A stretch of DNA of 64,000 nt from a virus, in the IMG/VR virus record IMGVR_UViG_3300008116_003012, positions 32,001 through 96,000 of that record. The stretch is one strand, 5' to 3'. Below the pieces are notes generated by a model. The model had not been told where the DNA came from. It made no database searches and saw only the letters and a program-made list of their open reading frames with translations. Made by a program: the position numbers and the translations under genes. Shown piece by piece: positions 38,439-47,975 of the stretch (position 1 is the first letter of the stretch; each line of letters starts with the position of its first letter).

Positions 38439-39280
38439 GTCCAAAGACTGCCACGAATTTTAACCAAACGGCATAACATTTCGGTATCTTCTTGCTCGTA
38501 TGCTTGCTCAATTTCATGAGTTTTGGCTAGAGCAGTGTCGCCCAAAGCACGTAATTCTGGATTCTTGCTTTCTTTCATAAAACTCAATCCAGTGTCGCCG
38601 TGTTCTTGACGCTTGCGTTCGCAGTACTCTGACCAGCCGCTGGCATCGTGCGGATCTGGACGATTTGGATAAACTTCCGTCCACCATTTGTACAAAGCCA
38701 AAATTTCCAAAGCTCGTTCAGCTTGCGGAGTAGGTTGTCCAATATGCGGGTCTCCAGTTTCAAAACCTTCGTCTTCTCCCCAGCGAAGTTTGCTTTGCCA
38801 ATCTAAGTTATCTAGACCTGCCTGCGGACAACGCCAAGTTCTCCAACGCCACCAACCAGTAGCCCAGAATGGAGCATTGTATTTTGCCTTTTCTTCTTTG
38901 TCAGCCCAAGCAATGTGCCACCAGGCTAGTTCAACTTCGACGAATTCAACAAGTTCGTTGAATAGGCAAGGGAGGAACCGGTTGCCCACGTCGCACCAGT
39001 TACCGGGCTTGATGTCACGAGGGTGAGCGGTAAGACTATGAGTGCGAGTAACCCAACGGTTATTAATATAGTACTTAATAGCATGTAATGTATCCGTAGG
39101 CCAGTATACGACCTTTTGTAAGTAATCGAGTCCTTCTTCTGCTAACCAGTAACGAAAGCTGTGTTTCATTTGGGCCGCAGTAGTCCATTCATCCCAACCT
39201 TCAGCAGTCTTGGCTCCGCCCTTAGCGGTACCTCGAAGCCAGTCAGCGAACTTTGAGTTGGTCCAATAGTGGTTACGCAT
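38435..39280 (-). CDS. Trp-rich hypothetical phage protein
   Basis: 281-aa ORF in a packed operon. Confidence 0.7.
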   Translation of the reverse strand: MRNHYWTNSKFADWLRGTAKGGAKTAEGWDEWTTAAQMKHSFRYWLAEEGLDYLQKVVYWPTDTLHAIKYYINNRWVTRTHSLTAHPRDIKPGNWCDVGNRFLPCLFNELVEFVEVELAWWHIAWADKEEKAKYNAPFWATGWWRWRTWRCPQAGLDNLDWQSKLRWGEDEGFETGDPHIGQPTPQAERALEILALYKWWTEVYPNRPDPHDASGWSEYCERKRQEHGDTGLSFMKESKNPELRALGDTALAKTHEIEQAYEQEDTEMLCRLVKIRGSLWT

Positions 39281-39723
39281 TATAGTTTCTCGTATGTTTG
39301 TTTAAAAATATCTAACTTAACTACACCGTAGTCGTTTTCACCGTGACGAACAATAACATCTTCGTCTGGATTATAGTGTAACTTCTCACCCCATGATGTG
39401 TCAACACTTCCAGAGTGATCTGCTAGTTTAGCCACTTTGATAATCTTCTTTGGTGTGCAAACACTGTTGCCTAAATCATCTTTAAGATCGTTAAACTTCT
39501 CTGGACTGATAGGATACTGTTCACCTTTAGGTCCAGTCATGATATAGAATCCTTTTGGATACTTAACTGGACCTTCAAGAGTGTCAATGGTGCCAGGCTC
39601 GTTGGCAATCTCATAACGCTCTTTGGCAGGACGTTTGTAAGTTTTAAATCCACCGTCCTTGAACCATTCGTCGTTAATGCCCTTGCCCATTCCTTCTACA
39701 ATATTGATAAACTCTCGAATCAT
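39280..39723 (-). CDS. PGDYG-like protein
   Basis: I.TLEG......G.YI.TG.KGE.YP....F motif, present as two degenerate halves. Confidence 0.55.
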   Translation of the reverse strand: MIREFINIVEGMGKGINDEWFKDGGFKTYKRPAKERYEIANEPGTIDTLEGPVKYPKGFYIMTGPKGEQYPISPEKFNDLKDDLGNSVCTPKKIIKVAKLADHSGSVDTSWGEKLHYNPDEDVIVRHGENDYGVVKLDIFKQTYEKL

Positions 39724-39724
39724 T

Positions 39725-40396
39725 TTATTTTCTTTCGCCAAACAGTTGTAACAAGTTTAAAAACAAGTTAATGAAGTTAAGGTATAGTGTCAATGCACCT
39801 GCAACTTCGCCATTGCCAATTTGATCATAACTGAGCATTTCTCGAATACGCTGTGTGTCGTAAGCAGTAAGACCAAGGAAGATGATAATAGCCAATGCTG
39901 AGATTACCATTTGAAATACAGTACTACCGATAAAGATGTTAATAATGCTAGCAATGATAATTGCAATCAATCCAACAAACAATAAACTGCCTAGTTCAGA
40001 TAGATCCTTTTTAGTAAAGTATCCATAAAAACTCATAACTCCAAATAATACTGCGGCACCCATAAAGGCTGTAACAATACTGCCCATATTGTAAACTACA
40101 AAGATTGTAGCAAAACTTAGACCCATTAGTGCGGCAAATCCGTATAGCAAGAAGTATGCTACAGATTTACTCACTTTCTCCAAAGCAAAACTAATACCAA
40201 ACACTAATACTAGAGGTGCAAAAATTACTAACCATTTCATTGCACCAGTAAAGAAAAATGTCATCAGTGCCGCATTGGTTCCTACAAAATGACTGACTAG
40301 CATAGAAACAATAACTGCTAATCCCATATTTTTATAAACGCCAGCCATTGCTGTATTAATAGCACTAGCGTCTCGATAATTTGCTGTTGTGTACAT
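39725..40396 (-). CDS. Bax inhibitor-1/YccA family membrane protein
   Basis: About 7 TM helices, GLTAYDTQ, ALTLYLNFINLF. Confidence 0.9.
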   Translation of the reverse strand: MYTTANYRDASAINTAMAGVYKNMGLAVIVSMLVSHFVGTNAALMTFFFTGAMKWLVIFAPLVLVFGISFALEKVSKSVAYFLLYGFAALMGLSFATIFVVYNMGSIVTAFMGAAVLFGVMSFYGYFTKKDLSELGSLLFVGLIAIIIASIINIFIGSTVFQMVISALAIIIFLGLTAYDTQRIREMLSYDQIGNGEVAGALTLYLNFINLFLNLLQLFGERK

Positions 40397-40406
40397 AAAG
40401 TTCTCC

Positions 40407-40589
40407 TTATCCTTTATTTAATACGATTTTAAATCGTTGTTCAAAAGCTGGTGCAAGGCAGCTATAAGTTTGTTGAGTAAACGTATTAGTATAAAAGACC
40501 CAAGTCCTTCCGTCTAACTCTCTTACATCATCTACATAAAACTCTGTACGGTTATCCCCTGTCCATACTTGGTGTCTTTCTATTTTCAT
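40407..40589 (-). CDS. Small hypothetical protein
   Basis: MKIERHQVW...YSCLAPAFEQRF; ATGA overlap with the upstream gene. Confidence 0.55.
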   Translation of the reverse strand: MKIERHQVWTGDNRTEFYVDDVRELDGRTWVFYTNTFTQQTYSCLAPAFEQRFKIVLNKG

Positions 40590-40810
40590 CTTAATGCGTC
40601 CATTGTTAATTCTTTGCCGTAAACATGTGCTACAGGTTTGAGCCATCCTCGATCAATACAGGTAGCAATAATCTGTCGATATTCTCGTGGGCAGTGTTCA
40701 TTAATTTCAAATCCTGCCCTAGGGCATATCACTAAACCGTCGTTGAGCATAAACTTACTATCACCTTGTCTCACTGTTCGTATTTTTGATACTTGTTGAA
40801 TAAATTTCAT
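40586..40810 (-). CDS. Small hypothetical protein
   Basis: 74-aa ORF with ATGA overlaps on both sides. Confidence 0.6.
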   Translation of the reverse strand: MKFIQQVSKIRTVRQGDSKFMLNDGLVICPRAGFEINEHCPREYRQIIATCIDRGWLKPVAHVYGKELTMDALR

Positions 40811-41055
40811 CGTAGTGCCTCAAGTGTTTGTTGTTTGGCTTCTTCTTTAACTTCTTGATTATGAATAGTTTGAAGTCCTCGGAACATGTCTTCAATTACA
40901 TGTATGATAGCATCTTTGCCTTCTTCAGTCAAATGACTATACTCCGGACTGACAGAACTTTCGTGCCAAACACTTTTGTTCCGACTGAGTTCTAACAAGG
41001 CACCATAAACAATGTCCTTGTTCATACTTCGTCGCAGATTAAATTTTTTCGCCAT
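40807..41055 (-). CDS. Small hypothetical protein
   Basis: Probable start MAKKFNL after GAGG; the longer track ORF overlaps the ligase. Confidence 0.55.
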   Translation of the reverse strand: MAKKFNLRRSMNKDIVYGALLELSRNKSVWHESSVSPEYSHLTEEGKDAIIHVIEDMFRGLQTIHNQEVKEEAKQQTLEALR

Positions 41056-42352
41056 GATCAAAGCCTCGGAAACGGAGGAACCGCGGAAAGCGTAGAGAAT
41101 AAGTACCATCTTGGTTTTGCGTGATAGCGTCTGCACGGACTTCCACAATGTCGCCCACAATCTTATCACGGGCGGCCCAAAAAGCAATACGCTGATCATC
41201 AGTAAACCCAGAACCAACATTGACCAAAATCCTACGTCCGTCATCTTCGCCTTCACAAACTAACGCACCTAAGCGTCCAATATTTTTACCAGTACCTTCT
41301 TCAACTGCGGTTACAGTTAGACTCACTTCAATAAATGGCTTTAACTTGAGCCATGCCACTGAACGTTTGCACTTGTAACCTGCGTTGGCGTCTTTCAACA
41401 TAATGCCTTCATAGCCGCCAGCAATGGCCAGAGCGTTAATTTCTTTATAACGCTTTTGTCCGGCAGCAGTGTCTAAGTCTACAGTTTCTTGCGCCACAAC
41501 TGTTACATTGGGCAGTACAGATTCATTAGCTGTAAACCAAGTCTTGAGCCATTCACTCCGTGCTTCTTGTGTAGTAGCACTTTCGCCAGTTTCAAACTCA
41601 GCCAACGGCAATGCATCAAACAAGTTAAGAACAGCATCGTTAGCCTTTGCACTACTCTTGCGGTGAATCTGCTTCATCAAATCTTGAAATGTCCCGCTCA
41701 TGATCTCACCGTCAAGCACCATAGGCTCAGTAAAGCCCTTGGCAATTTTTGCCAACTGTTCTTTGACATGAGGAAAGTTTACCAGCTCTTTGCCATTGCG
41801 ACTAAACTGATCAACACGACCATCCGGGTAGACAATTGTAATAACTCGTACACCGTCCAGTTTAACTTCAATGATCTTTTTACCTACGACTTTGCTTTCA
41901 TGATTGGCACTGTCGTGTGCAAGCTGACAACTAAACACAGGAACGCTATAGTGGACATAATCTTTTTCCGTTACACGATTGATTGTTGCTTCGCTGAATC
42001 CTGCTCGCATGTCTTTAATAAGAATGCGTCGGTACCATCCATTCCATTGTGCCTTAGTGGCTGTCTTCATCAAGTTAGCAACAGTGTCACGGGCAAGGTT
42101 GCCGGTGAGTGAGCGATTAACAAAGCCAGTAACAATGAGGCTAAAACTATCCCAATCCAAACCAGGCCCATCTTCATCTTTTTTCTCCGGGATCTGTTTC
42201 AATCCAAAGGTGATCATAGAGTCCAATGCCAATCGACACCCGTCGAAAAACTCTGTGTTGCCTGCCACTGCTTCTTTTAGCACTTCGGCTTCTTTAGCCA
42301 AACGACTGTTATCTGCTTCAATGGCTGCGATTACTTCCCAAGGTTTACGCAT
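41039..42352 (-). CDS. lig: ATP-dependent DNA ligase
   Basis: EVKLDGVR (KxDG), VLDGE, YEGIMLK, WLKLKP, NVGSGF, SLRFPRF. Confidence 0.95.
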   Translation of the reverse strand: MRKPWEVIAAIEADNSRLAKEAEVLKEAVAGNTEFFDGCRLALDSMITFGLKQIPEKKDEDGPGLDWDSFSLIVTGFVNRSLTGNLARDTVANLMKTATKAQWNGWYRRILIKDMRAGFSEATINRVTEKDYVHYSVPVFSCQLAHDSANHESKVVGKKIIEVKLDGVRVITIVYPDGRVDQFSRNGKELVNFPHVKEQLAKIAKGFTEPMVLDGEIMSGTFQDLMKQIHRKSSAKANDAVLNLFDALPLAEFETGESATTQEARSEWLKTWFTANESVLPNVTVVAQETVDLDTAAGQKRYKEINALAIAGGYEGIMLKDANAGYKCKRSVAWLKLKPFIEVSLTVTAVEEGTGKNIGRLGALVCEGEDDGRRILVNVGSGFTDDQRIAFWAARDKIVGDIVEVRADAITQNQDGTYSLRFPRFLRFRGFDHGEKI

Positions 42353-42381
42353 TTAAACTCCTAATCTTTTACAATGCTTGT

Positions 42382-42410
42382 ATTGTAACATCAAAAGTTT
42401 AGTAAGTCAA
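42382..42410 (-). promoter_or_regulatory. sigma70 promoter for the ligase
   Basis: TTGACT (42410-42405)-17 nt ending GATGT-TACAAT (42387-42382). Confidence 0.7.
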
Positions 42411-43124
42411 GTGTTTGTCTGTTTTAAATGGCTTACCTATTTGGGCATACGGTAAATTCCTGATGATTTTCTTTTTGAGAGAACGGATTACAGGGTGTGT
42501 ATGATCCCAATCAAATGCTTTGAGTATCTTATGATATGTTGTCTTTTTGCTACGTTTTGCTCGATTACTGTCCAAATATTGTTTGGCAGAATCAAAGTCG
42601 TCGCCAAAACGATTATACAGTTCACAGGCAATGTTAAAGCTAAATGCGCCCATTTCGTCTGGATGTCCGTAATACTCTTGTTCTTTACGGTCACGGGCAT
42701 AGTAGGCAGTGCTTTCGTAGCCTGGTATTGCTTTGAACTGTCTTGTGCGATATTGTCTTAGGTGTATTATTTCGTGTAACATTGTGTCTGCAAACAACAT
42801 ACACATTCTTTGCCAGCGAGTCTCAGACACTTTGATCTCGCCATCGGTATCCTTGTAACTAAACACTATTTCTATTTGACGCTTGCCTTCAACATCGTAG
42901 TCTGCATAGTAAGTTCCGCCGATGTAAACTAATCCTGCTTCGTGTGTAGGATCGTGATCCATACGAACTTTAATGGGCAAATACTGTTTAATATGGCTGC
43001 TTAGGAGTTTTTGTAGATCTTTGACAGAAAATCTCTTGCCTACTATAGAAGGTTTAAGCCCGTACAACATAGTGTACAGGCTTTTTCTGTCCAATAATGA
43101 CCAGTTAAACGGTTTTCTTGACAC
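42399..43124 (-). CDS. HExxH putative metallopeptidase
   Basis: HEIIHLRQ...YYGHPDEMGAF; GTG start with AGGAG RBS. Confidence 0.6.
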   Translation of the reverse strand: MSRKPFNWSLLDRKSLYTMLYGLKPSIVGKRFSVKDLQKLLSSHIKQYLPIKVRMDHDPTHEAGLVYIGGTYYADYDVEGKRQIEIVFSYKDTDGEIKVSETRWQRMCMLFADTMLHEIIHLRQYRTRQFKAIPGYESTAYYARDRKEQEYYGHPDEMGAFSFNIACELYNRFGDDFDSAKQYLDSNRAKRSKKTTYHKILKAFDWDHTHPVIRSLKKKIIRNLPYAQIGKPFKTDKHLTY

Positions 43125-43181
43125 AGGACTCTCCTATTTTATATATTTAAGTCCTATACTAAAGTACATAATGTGCGTAGT

Positions 43182-43802
43182 TTATGGCCGCTTGTCGATA
43201 ACTTTATCAGCAAGTCCATAGGCTACAGCTTCTTCTGCGCTTAAAAATGTGTCAAACTTCATAGTTTCAAACAGTTCTTCGTACTTTTTACCTGCTGTGT
43301 TGTGCTTAACATACAGTTGAGTCAGTCGTTCGTTCAATCGTTTGCTTTCGCCCATGGCACGAACAGCGTCTTCGAACTGTAATTCTTGCACATGAACTGA
43401 CCCACGGGTTCCTGGAGTACCTGAGCTAACACGGTGAATCATAGTTCGACTTTCGGGCAATACAAAACGCTTACCCGGAGCACCTGCTTGTGCTAAAAAT
43501 GAACCCATACTACAGGCTTGTCCAAGAACAATGGTGCTAACAGCAGGCTTAATAAACTGCATGGTATCGTAGATAGCCAACCCAGCAGTCACTGACCCAC
43601 CGGGACTGTTGATAAAGAACTGAACATCTTCAGTACCTTGACTTTCAAGAAACAACAGTTGAGCAACAATGATACTAGATGTATGCTCGTTAACATCAGT
43701 GTCCAGCATAACAATGCGATCTTTCAGCAAGCGGCTGTAGATGTCGTAAGCACGTTCACCTCGGGCTTCTGTTTCGATAACGGTTGGAATAAGATTAGGC
43801 AT
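43182..43802 (-). CDS. clpP: ATP-dependent Clp protease proteolytic subunit
   Basis: YDIYSRLLKDRI, INSPGG, GQACSMG, MIHR, FLSAEEA..YGLAD. Confidence 0.95.
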   Translation of the reverse strand: MPNLIPTVIETEARGERAYDIYSRLLKDRIVMLDTDVNEHTSSIIVAQLLFLESQGTEDVQFFINSPGGSVTAGLAIYDTMQFIKPAVSTIVLGQACSMGSFLAQAGAPGKRFVLPESRTMIHRVSSGTPGTRGSVHVQELQFEDAVRAMGESKRLNERLTQLYVKHNTAGKKYEELFETMKFDTFLSAEEAVAYGLADKVIDKRP

Positions 43803-43822
43803 TGTGATCCTTTAAAATTTTA

Positions 43823-43851
43823 AGTATATGTTCATTGATACTTGTCGTCAA
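43823..43851 (-). promoter_or_regulatory. sigma70 promoter for clpP
   Basis: TTGACG (43851-43846)-17 nt-TATACT (43828-43823). Confidence 0.65.
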
Positions 43852-44278
43852 GCTCAACATTAGTCAAACCTGCAACAGTTTGAAACTTCTCCCATGCTGC
43901 CTTGGCCGCTGGGTTCTTCTCCAGTTCGATACTGGGCAACACTGCTTCAAGCCAAATTTCAGGACGACGAGCAGGCCGAGCACCAAACTTACGAGGCTGA
44001 TGCAGTTTGCCAGTTTCCCAAAGTTCGATAGTCACTGAACGAAAAAGATCTTCATCTTCATCTCCGTAATCTGACCACTCTGGATTACTACCACCAAAGA
44101 ATCCACGCATTAAATTAGCGTCAGATCCTCCAGCATAACCTTGCCAAATTGCCTGCCATTGATCGTTATTATTTGGATCAAAATCTGTGCGAGTAATAAT
44201 AACCAGCACATCGTCAATCATTACTTTACCGTCAACAATGTCTTTAACACAACGGCTATAACTTAGTCCAATTTTCAT
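43832..44278 (-). CDS. Hypothetical phage protein
   Basis: 148-aa ORF, MKIGLSYSRCV...GKLHQPR. Confidence 0.7.
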   Translation of the reverse strand: MKIGLSYSRCVKDIVDGKVMIDDVLVIITRTDFDPNNNDQWQAIWQGYAGGSDANLMRGFFGGSNPEWSDYGDEDEDLFRSVTIELWETGKLHQPRKFGARPARRPEIWLEAVLPSIELEKNPAAKAAWEKFQTVAGLTNVELDDKYQ

Positions 44279-44505
44279 CTTCTACCTTGTTTAACGTTTC
44301 TAACTAAAGGACCTTCTGTAGTAAAACTCAGTCCTGCACTCTTGCCTTCGTACACTACACCATTCCATTTCATATCGAGTTTAATGGTACGATTAATACT
44401 GACTGCACAATGATCATGTTCTCGGAAACTTAACATTTCTCCGACCATTCTACGTCCGTTGTCTTCGCACATGATTTCGCAAGTATTTTCAACGACCTGC
44501 CTCAT
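44275..44505 (-). CDS. Small hypothetical protein
   Basis: 76 aa, ATGA overlaps. Confidence 0.6.
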   Translation of the reverse strand: MRQVVENTCEIMCEDNGRRMVGEMLSFREHDHCAVSINRTIKLDMKWNGVVYEGKSAGLSFTTEGPLVRNVKQGRR

Positions 44506-44792
44506 GATAACTCAAACCTTACTTCTTTAATACTATCCCATCGAAAACTTTTCCAAGCTTTGGATTCTAGGTCATACACTGGCATAACCTCTTCGTTAAC
44601 TTTCTTTTCTTTCTTGGGCTCTGTACTTTCTACAATTTCAACAGCAGGAACAAGTTCTGGATTGGTTGTACAATTCATTACTCGTTCCGTACCATCTTTT
44701 TTTGTAAAGACCACAGTAGTAGGACCGTAAGCCAAATGACTTTTCAGCCAACGCTTAAAGATTTTAACATCTTTCTCACTTAGATTCTGCAT
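44502..44792 (-). CDS. WYL_2 / SH3-like beta-barrel protein
   Basis: V.FTKKDGTER.M.CT...VYDLE...WKSFR.D. Confidence 0.75.
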   Translation of the reverse strand: MQNLSEKDVKIFKRWLKSHLAYGPTTVVFTKKDGTERVMNCTTNPELVPAVEIVESTEPKKEKKVNEEVMPVYDLESKAWKSFRWDSIKEVRFELS

Positions 44793-44919
44793 CGTGTGCC
44801 TCTAATTTTTGTTTAAGTTCTGCATTCTCTGCTTCTAATGTTTCGATATGACTTGCTAGTTGCATCATCATTTCGTACATATTTTTAGCAGTTGTTTTTG
44901 TAATGTCAGCAATATTCAT
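44776..44919 (-). CDS. 47-aa coiled-coil protein
   Basis: Own translation MNIADITKTTAKNMYEMMMQLASHIETLEAENAELKQKL; GAGG RBS. Confidence 0.55.
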   Translation of the reverse strand: MNIADITKTTAKNMYEMMMQLASHIETLEAENAELKQKLEAHDAESK

Positions 44920-45774
44920 TTATACCTCGATAATTTTAGTAATGTCCCAGCCACTTTGCTCACTGTAGCCATCGGACTCGTATCCCCTCGGGTTGCAGAC
45001 AATACGAGTTTCACCTATGACATAGTCAAAAGGATGATGTGTATGACCATGTGTCCACAGTTTGATCTGCGGATGATCTAGAATGAACTCACTAAGATCG
45101 CTACTGTAAGCACCGTTCATTAGATATTGATCCTTGTAGTTTTCATGTGTGCTGAGCTTACTGGGCGAATGATGTCCAACTACAACAAACTTTTCGTCAT
45201 GCTTTTCAGCAACAATAGTCTTGATGTATTGTAACATCTTTATGTGTCGAACTACAGTGTCTTCTGGACGAACTTTACGATAGTCGGCATTTTCTACTCG
45301 AATGATACGGAAATCGTTCATCATGTCGCGCACCGCCTGCAGAGTCAAACTGTCTTGACGATTCATGTCAGTCCACAGTGTACCACCGATAAACGTAATG
45401 TCATCGATCTTCTTGCTTTCACATTCTAAGAAATAGACATTGTCAAACTTAGCACACTCGTTACGCAACACTTCTAGTGTCTGAAACCATTTGCCGTTAT
45501 AGAACTCATGATTACCTGCAACGTAGATAACGTGAGGAAACTGAAAGCTACAACGCTTTAGAAAGTCGCGAAACCGCTGAACTCGAATTTGCTTTTTACC
45601 TAATTCGGCAAATGCACCTTGACTGTAGGGATTAAAATCCGCAGCCGGGTGACTGTGCAAATCGTCAGCAATCATAATGTCGCCTCCAAGTATCAGAACA
45701 TCTGCACCTTCGTCATTTTTAATATTGATATCGGAAAACTCTAAATGGAGGTCCGATACTAGTTTAATCTTCAT
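44920..45774 (-). CDS. Calcineurin-like metallophosphoesterase
   Basis: SDLHLE, GGDI, AGNHE, HHSP, HGHTH, NPRGY; likely start MKIKLV at 45774. Confidence 0.9.
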   Translation of the reverse strand: MKIKLVSDLHLEFSDINIKNDEGADVLILGGDIMIADDLHSHPAADFNPYSQGAFAELGKKQIRVQRFRDFLKRCSFQFPHVIYVAGNHEFYNGKWFQTLEVLRNECAKFDNVYFLECESKKIDDITFIGGTLWTDMNRQDSLTLQAVRDMMNDFRIIRVENADYRKVRPEDTVVRHIKMLQYIKTIVAEKHDEKFVVVGHHSPSKLSTHENYKDQYLMNGAYSSDLSEFILDHPQIKLWTHGHTHHPFDYVIGETRIVCNPRGYESDGYSEQSGWDITKIIEV

Positions 45775-46195
45775 TTGGAAATCTCTCTGCATAACGTGCA
45801 TCTGCTTCTGCTCGATGCACTGGACATAATGTTTTAATCCAACCTTTACCCCCAGCTGTGCCAGGAGCTCCACATTCTTCACAACTGCGTTCAGCCCATG
45901 CTTCTGCCATACGCACCATACCGCTAATTTGGTCATCACCTCCGGTGTAATAGAAACGTAGTCCACCGAACTTTTCTTTAATCTGTTCTACAACTACCTG
46001 TTCAACTACAGGACGAGTTTCTCGATTCTTGTTCCACCAATCAATATGACTTTGGATGTTAGCGCATAGGCTTTCAATAATAGGCCACCAGCCTGCTCCT
46101 ATTGCAAATCCGCCATAGGGAGTTGCAAACATTTTGGGATACTTCTCTTCCATACGTTTGGCAAACTCATCATATTGTTGTTCAGTATATCTCAT
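45764..46195 (-). CDS. Hypothetical phage protein
   Basis: GW..I, QIKEKFGGLRFY, CEECG...LC..H zinc motif. Confidence 0.75.
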   Translation of the reverse strand: MRYTEQQYDEFAKRMEEKYPKMFATPYGGFAIGAGWWPIIESLCANIQSHIDWWNKNRETRPVVEQVVVEQIKEKFGGLRFYYTGGDDQISGMVRMAEAWAERSCEECGAPGTAGGKGWIKTLCPVHRAEADARYAERFPNED

Positions 46196-46884
46196 TGTGC
46201 AATCTTTACATAATTAAGTCGAGTTTCAATTTTCTTACACAACCAATTCTCAGCATGTTGTTTTACTTTGGCTTTGATTACCACAGCCGGGCCTACTCGG
46301 GGCTCTTTATTACTCATCCAGCTGACAATCTTATTGTCTATTATAGCAAGAATATTCCAAGCATCAAAGTTTTTTGAACGATTGACTTGCAGGACCTCGC
46401 AGTCCTTGTCGAGCAACATGTCTCCAATTTCTGCTAACCCTGCATTATCTGCAACACGAAACATTTTTTCAAGTTTGTTTTTGCTCACATCTCGAGCATA
46501 CACACTGGGCAAACATGCAATAAACCCAATCTTGTTAGAAGGCATGTGCTCAGTCATTAGCAAACTAAAAACTTCAGTTTGGAACTCGTTATCTCCTTTG
46601 ACAGCAGAAAACATTAACCGTTTGTAATAGTTGCGGATCTCGTCGCTCAATTCGGCATCTTGAGTTTCTAAAGCCAATGACATAGGTCGAAATTCTTGTT
46701 CAGCTTTATCGTACTTGTCAATACCTAAGGCATGTCGAATTAGTGTTTTGTTGTCGTGCTTGACAAAGAGAAACTTGCCTTGGTTGTCGTGGACATACTC
46801 GGCAGTTTTTATGTATGCTTTGTTAGTACGTTGAGCGGCACAGGCCAACTCAAGGACTTTTTGGACGGGGAATTCTGCGCTCAC
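46192..46884 (-). CDS. Hypothetical protein (possible C-terminal OB fold)
   Basis: Long ORF; GTG start preferred because the track ATG abuts the -10 box; C-terminal IKAKVK.H......TRLNYV. Confidence 0.6.
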   Translation of the reverse strand: MSAEFPVQKVLELACAAQRTNKAYIKTAEYVHDNQGKFLFVKHDNKTLIRHALGIDKYDKAEQEFRPMSLALETQDAELSDEIRNYYKRLMFSAVKGDNEFQTEVFSLLMTEHMPSNKIGFIACLPSVYARDVSKNKLEKMFRVADNAGLAEIGDMLLDKDCEVLQVNRSKNFDAWNILAIIDNKIVSWMSNKEPRVGPAVVIKAKVKQHAENWLCKKIETRLNYVKIAQ

Positions 46885-46926
46885 TTCTAGAAACTTTCCA
46901 GTAGGATTATCGTTGCTGATGATCAT

Positions 46927-46955
46927 ATTTTACACGAAAATGTGTCTGCTGTCAA
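46927..46955 (-). promoter_or_regulatory. sigma70 promoter
   Basis: TTGACA (46955-46950)-17 nt-TAAAAT (46932-46927). Confidence 0.65.
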
Positions 46956-47589
46956 GTGTTTCCAAATGTTTATAAACCTTTTTGGCTAGCTTTTTAAGTA
47001 GCGCATTGTCTTTGAAGTAGGCAATGTAACAGTTTAAGTTAGGACTTACTAACATATCTCCCCGTTTCATTTTACCCAAAATAGTCATTTTAACCATATT
47101 TCGTTTGGCTCGAGACGCAGGCATGGCTCGCAACAGTTCGATAGCAATGCTTAGTGCATAAGCATCTAACTCGTCTGGATCAGCTAGATACTTGCTAAAT
47201 GGCTCGTGTGCATGTTCACTGTAGCTTTCAAAATACCTTTGACTACTCTGAGTTTGGTGACGCATTTCATGTACTACCGCATCAAAGATTTGAATTAAAA
47301 AATCTGTAATTTGATTATGTTGAAACTTGTTGTCACCTAAAAAGTTGTGATGCACTACAACTTCTATTGCTGTTTCATTATTAAAATCATCTTCAGGATC
47401 ATAATATGCCATAACATAAAAATGATCGTGATCTAATGTCTTGTCCTTCTTAGTTTTAATGGCAAGATCTATGTCGTTGTTTTTAAATTCTTTTTTAGTA
47501 GCAAATACTAACTTGCGAAAGCTAGTTGACGGATGACTCTTTCGAACGTTTTGACATACATTATTAACACGTTCGATAATTGAGTTCAT
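46930..47589 (-). CDS. HExxH putative metallopeptidase, distant paralog of 42399..43124
   Basis: HEMRHQTQ...YLADPDELDAYALSIA.EL. Confidence 0.6.
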   Translation of the reverse strand: MNSIIERVNNVCQNVRKSHPSTSFRKLVFATKKEFKNNDIDLAIKTKKDKTLDHDHFYVMAYYDPEDDFNNETAIEVVVHHNFLGDNKFQHNQITDFLIQIFDAVVHEMRHQTQSSQRYFESYSEHAHEPFSKYLADPDELDAYALSIAIELLRAMPASRAKRNMVKMTILGKMKRGDMLVSPNLNCYIAYFKDNALLKKLAKKVYKHLETLDSRHIFV

Positions 47590-47590
47590 G

Positions 47591-47809
47591 TTACATCCTG
47601 TAAATGATACGACCTTTAGTTAGATCGTATGGACTCATTTCTAGTTTAACTTTATCACCCATGATAACTTTAATTTTGTGTTGCTTGAGTTTACCGCCCA
47701 TGTAACACAATACTTCATGTTCCATATTGTCTACTCTAACTCGAAATGTAGAGTTAGGTAACACCTCTTCTACTTTGCCTGTGATTTCTAATAGTTCTTC
47801 TTTAGCCAT
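47591..47809 (-). CDS. infA: Translation initiation factor IF-1
   Basis: [22 protein letters not shown]...GK....[23 protein letters not shown]. Confidence 0.95.
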   Translation of the reverse strand: MAKEELLEITGKVEEVLPNSTFRVRVDNMEHEVLCYMGGKLKQHKIKVIMGDKVKLEMSPYDLTKGRIIYRM

Positions 47810-47975
47810 TTTTTGAAATTGATATTGCTCCGTCTACTACAGACACTGTTAACGTGTCTCCTTCTTTCCAGCCTGTTTGCTCCAACACTTCGGGAGGAAA
47901 TTTTAGAATAACATTGTCAGGATCTCCCGGAATGTCTTCAAAAATATCTTCAGCCTTAAATGTTAATACTGTCAT
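47802..47975 (-). CDS. AbrB/MazE-like small DNA-binding protein
   Basis: Own translation ...[31 protein letters not shown] (57 aa). Confidence 0.6.
   Translation of the reverse strand: MTVLTFKAEDIFEDIPGDPDNVILKFPPEVLEQTGWKEGDTLTVSVVDGAISISKNG

Noticed and set aside
41469-42356. Plus-strand ORFs of up to 207 aa opposite the ligase
   Set aside because: Antisense shadows with no RBS or recognisable motif.
45775-45966. N-terminal extension of the metallophosphoesterase given in the ORF track
   Set aside because: It overlaps the real upstream gene 45764..46195; the domain begins at MKIKLVSDLH (45774).
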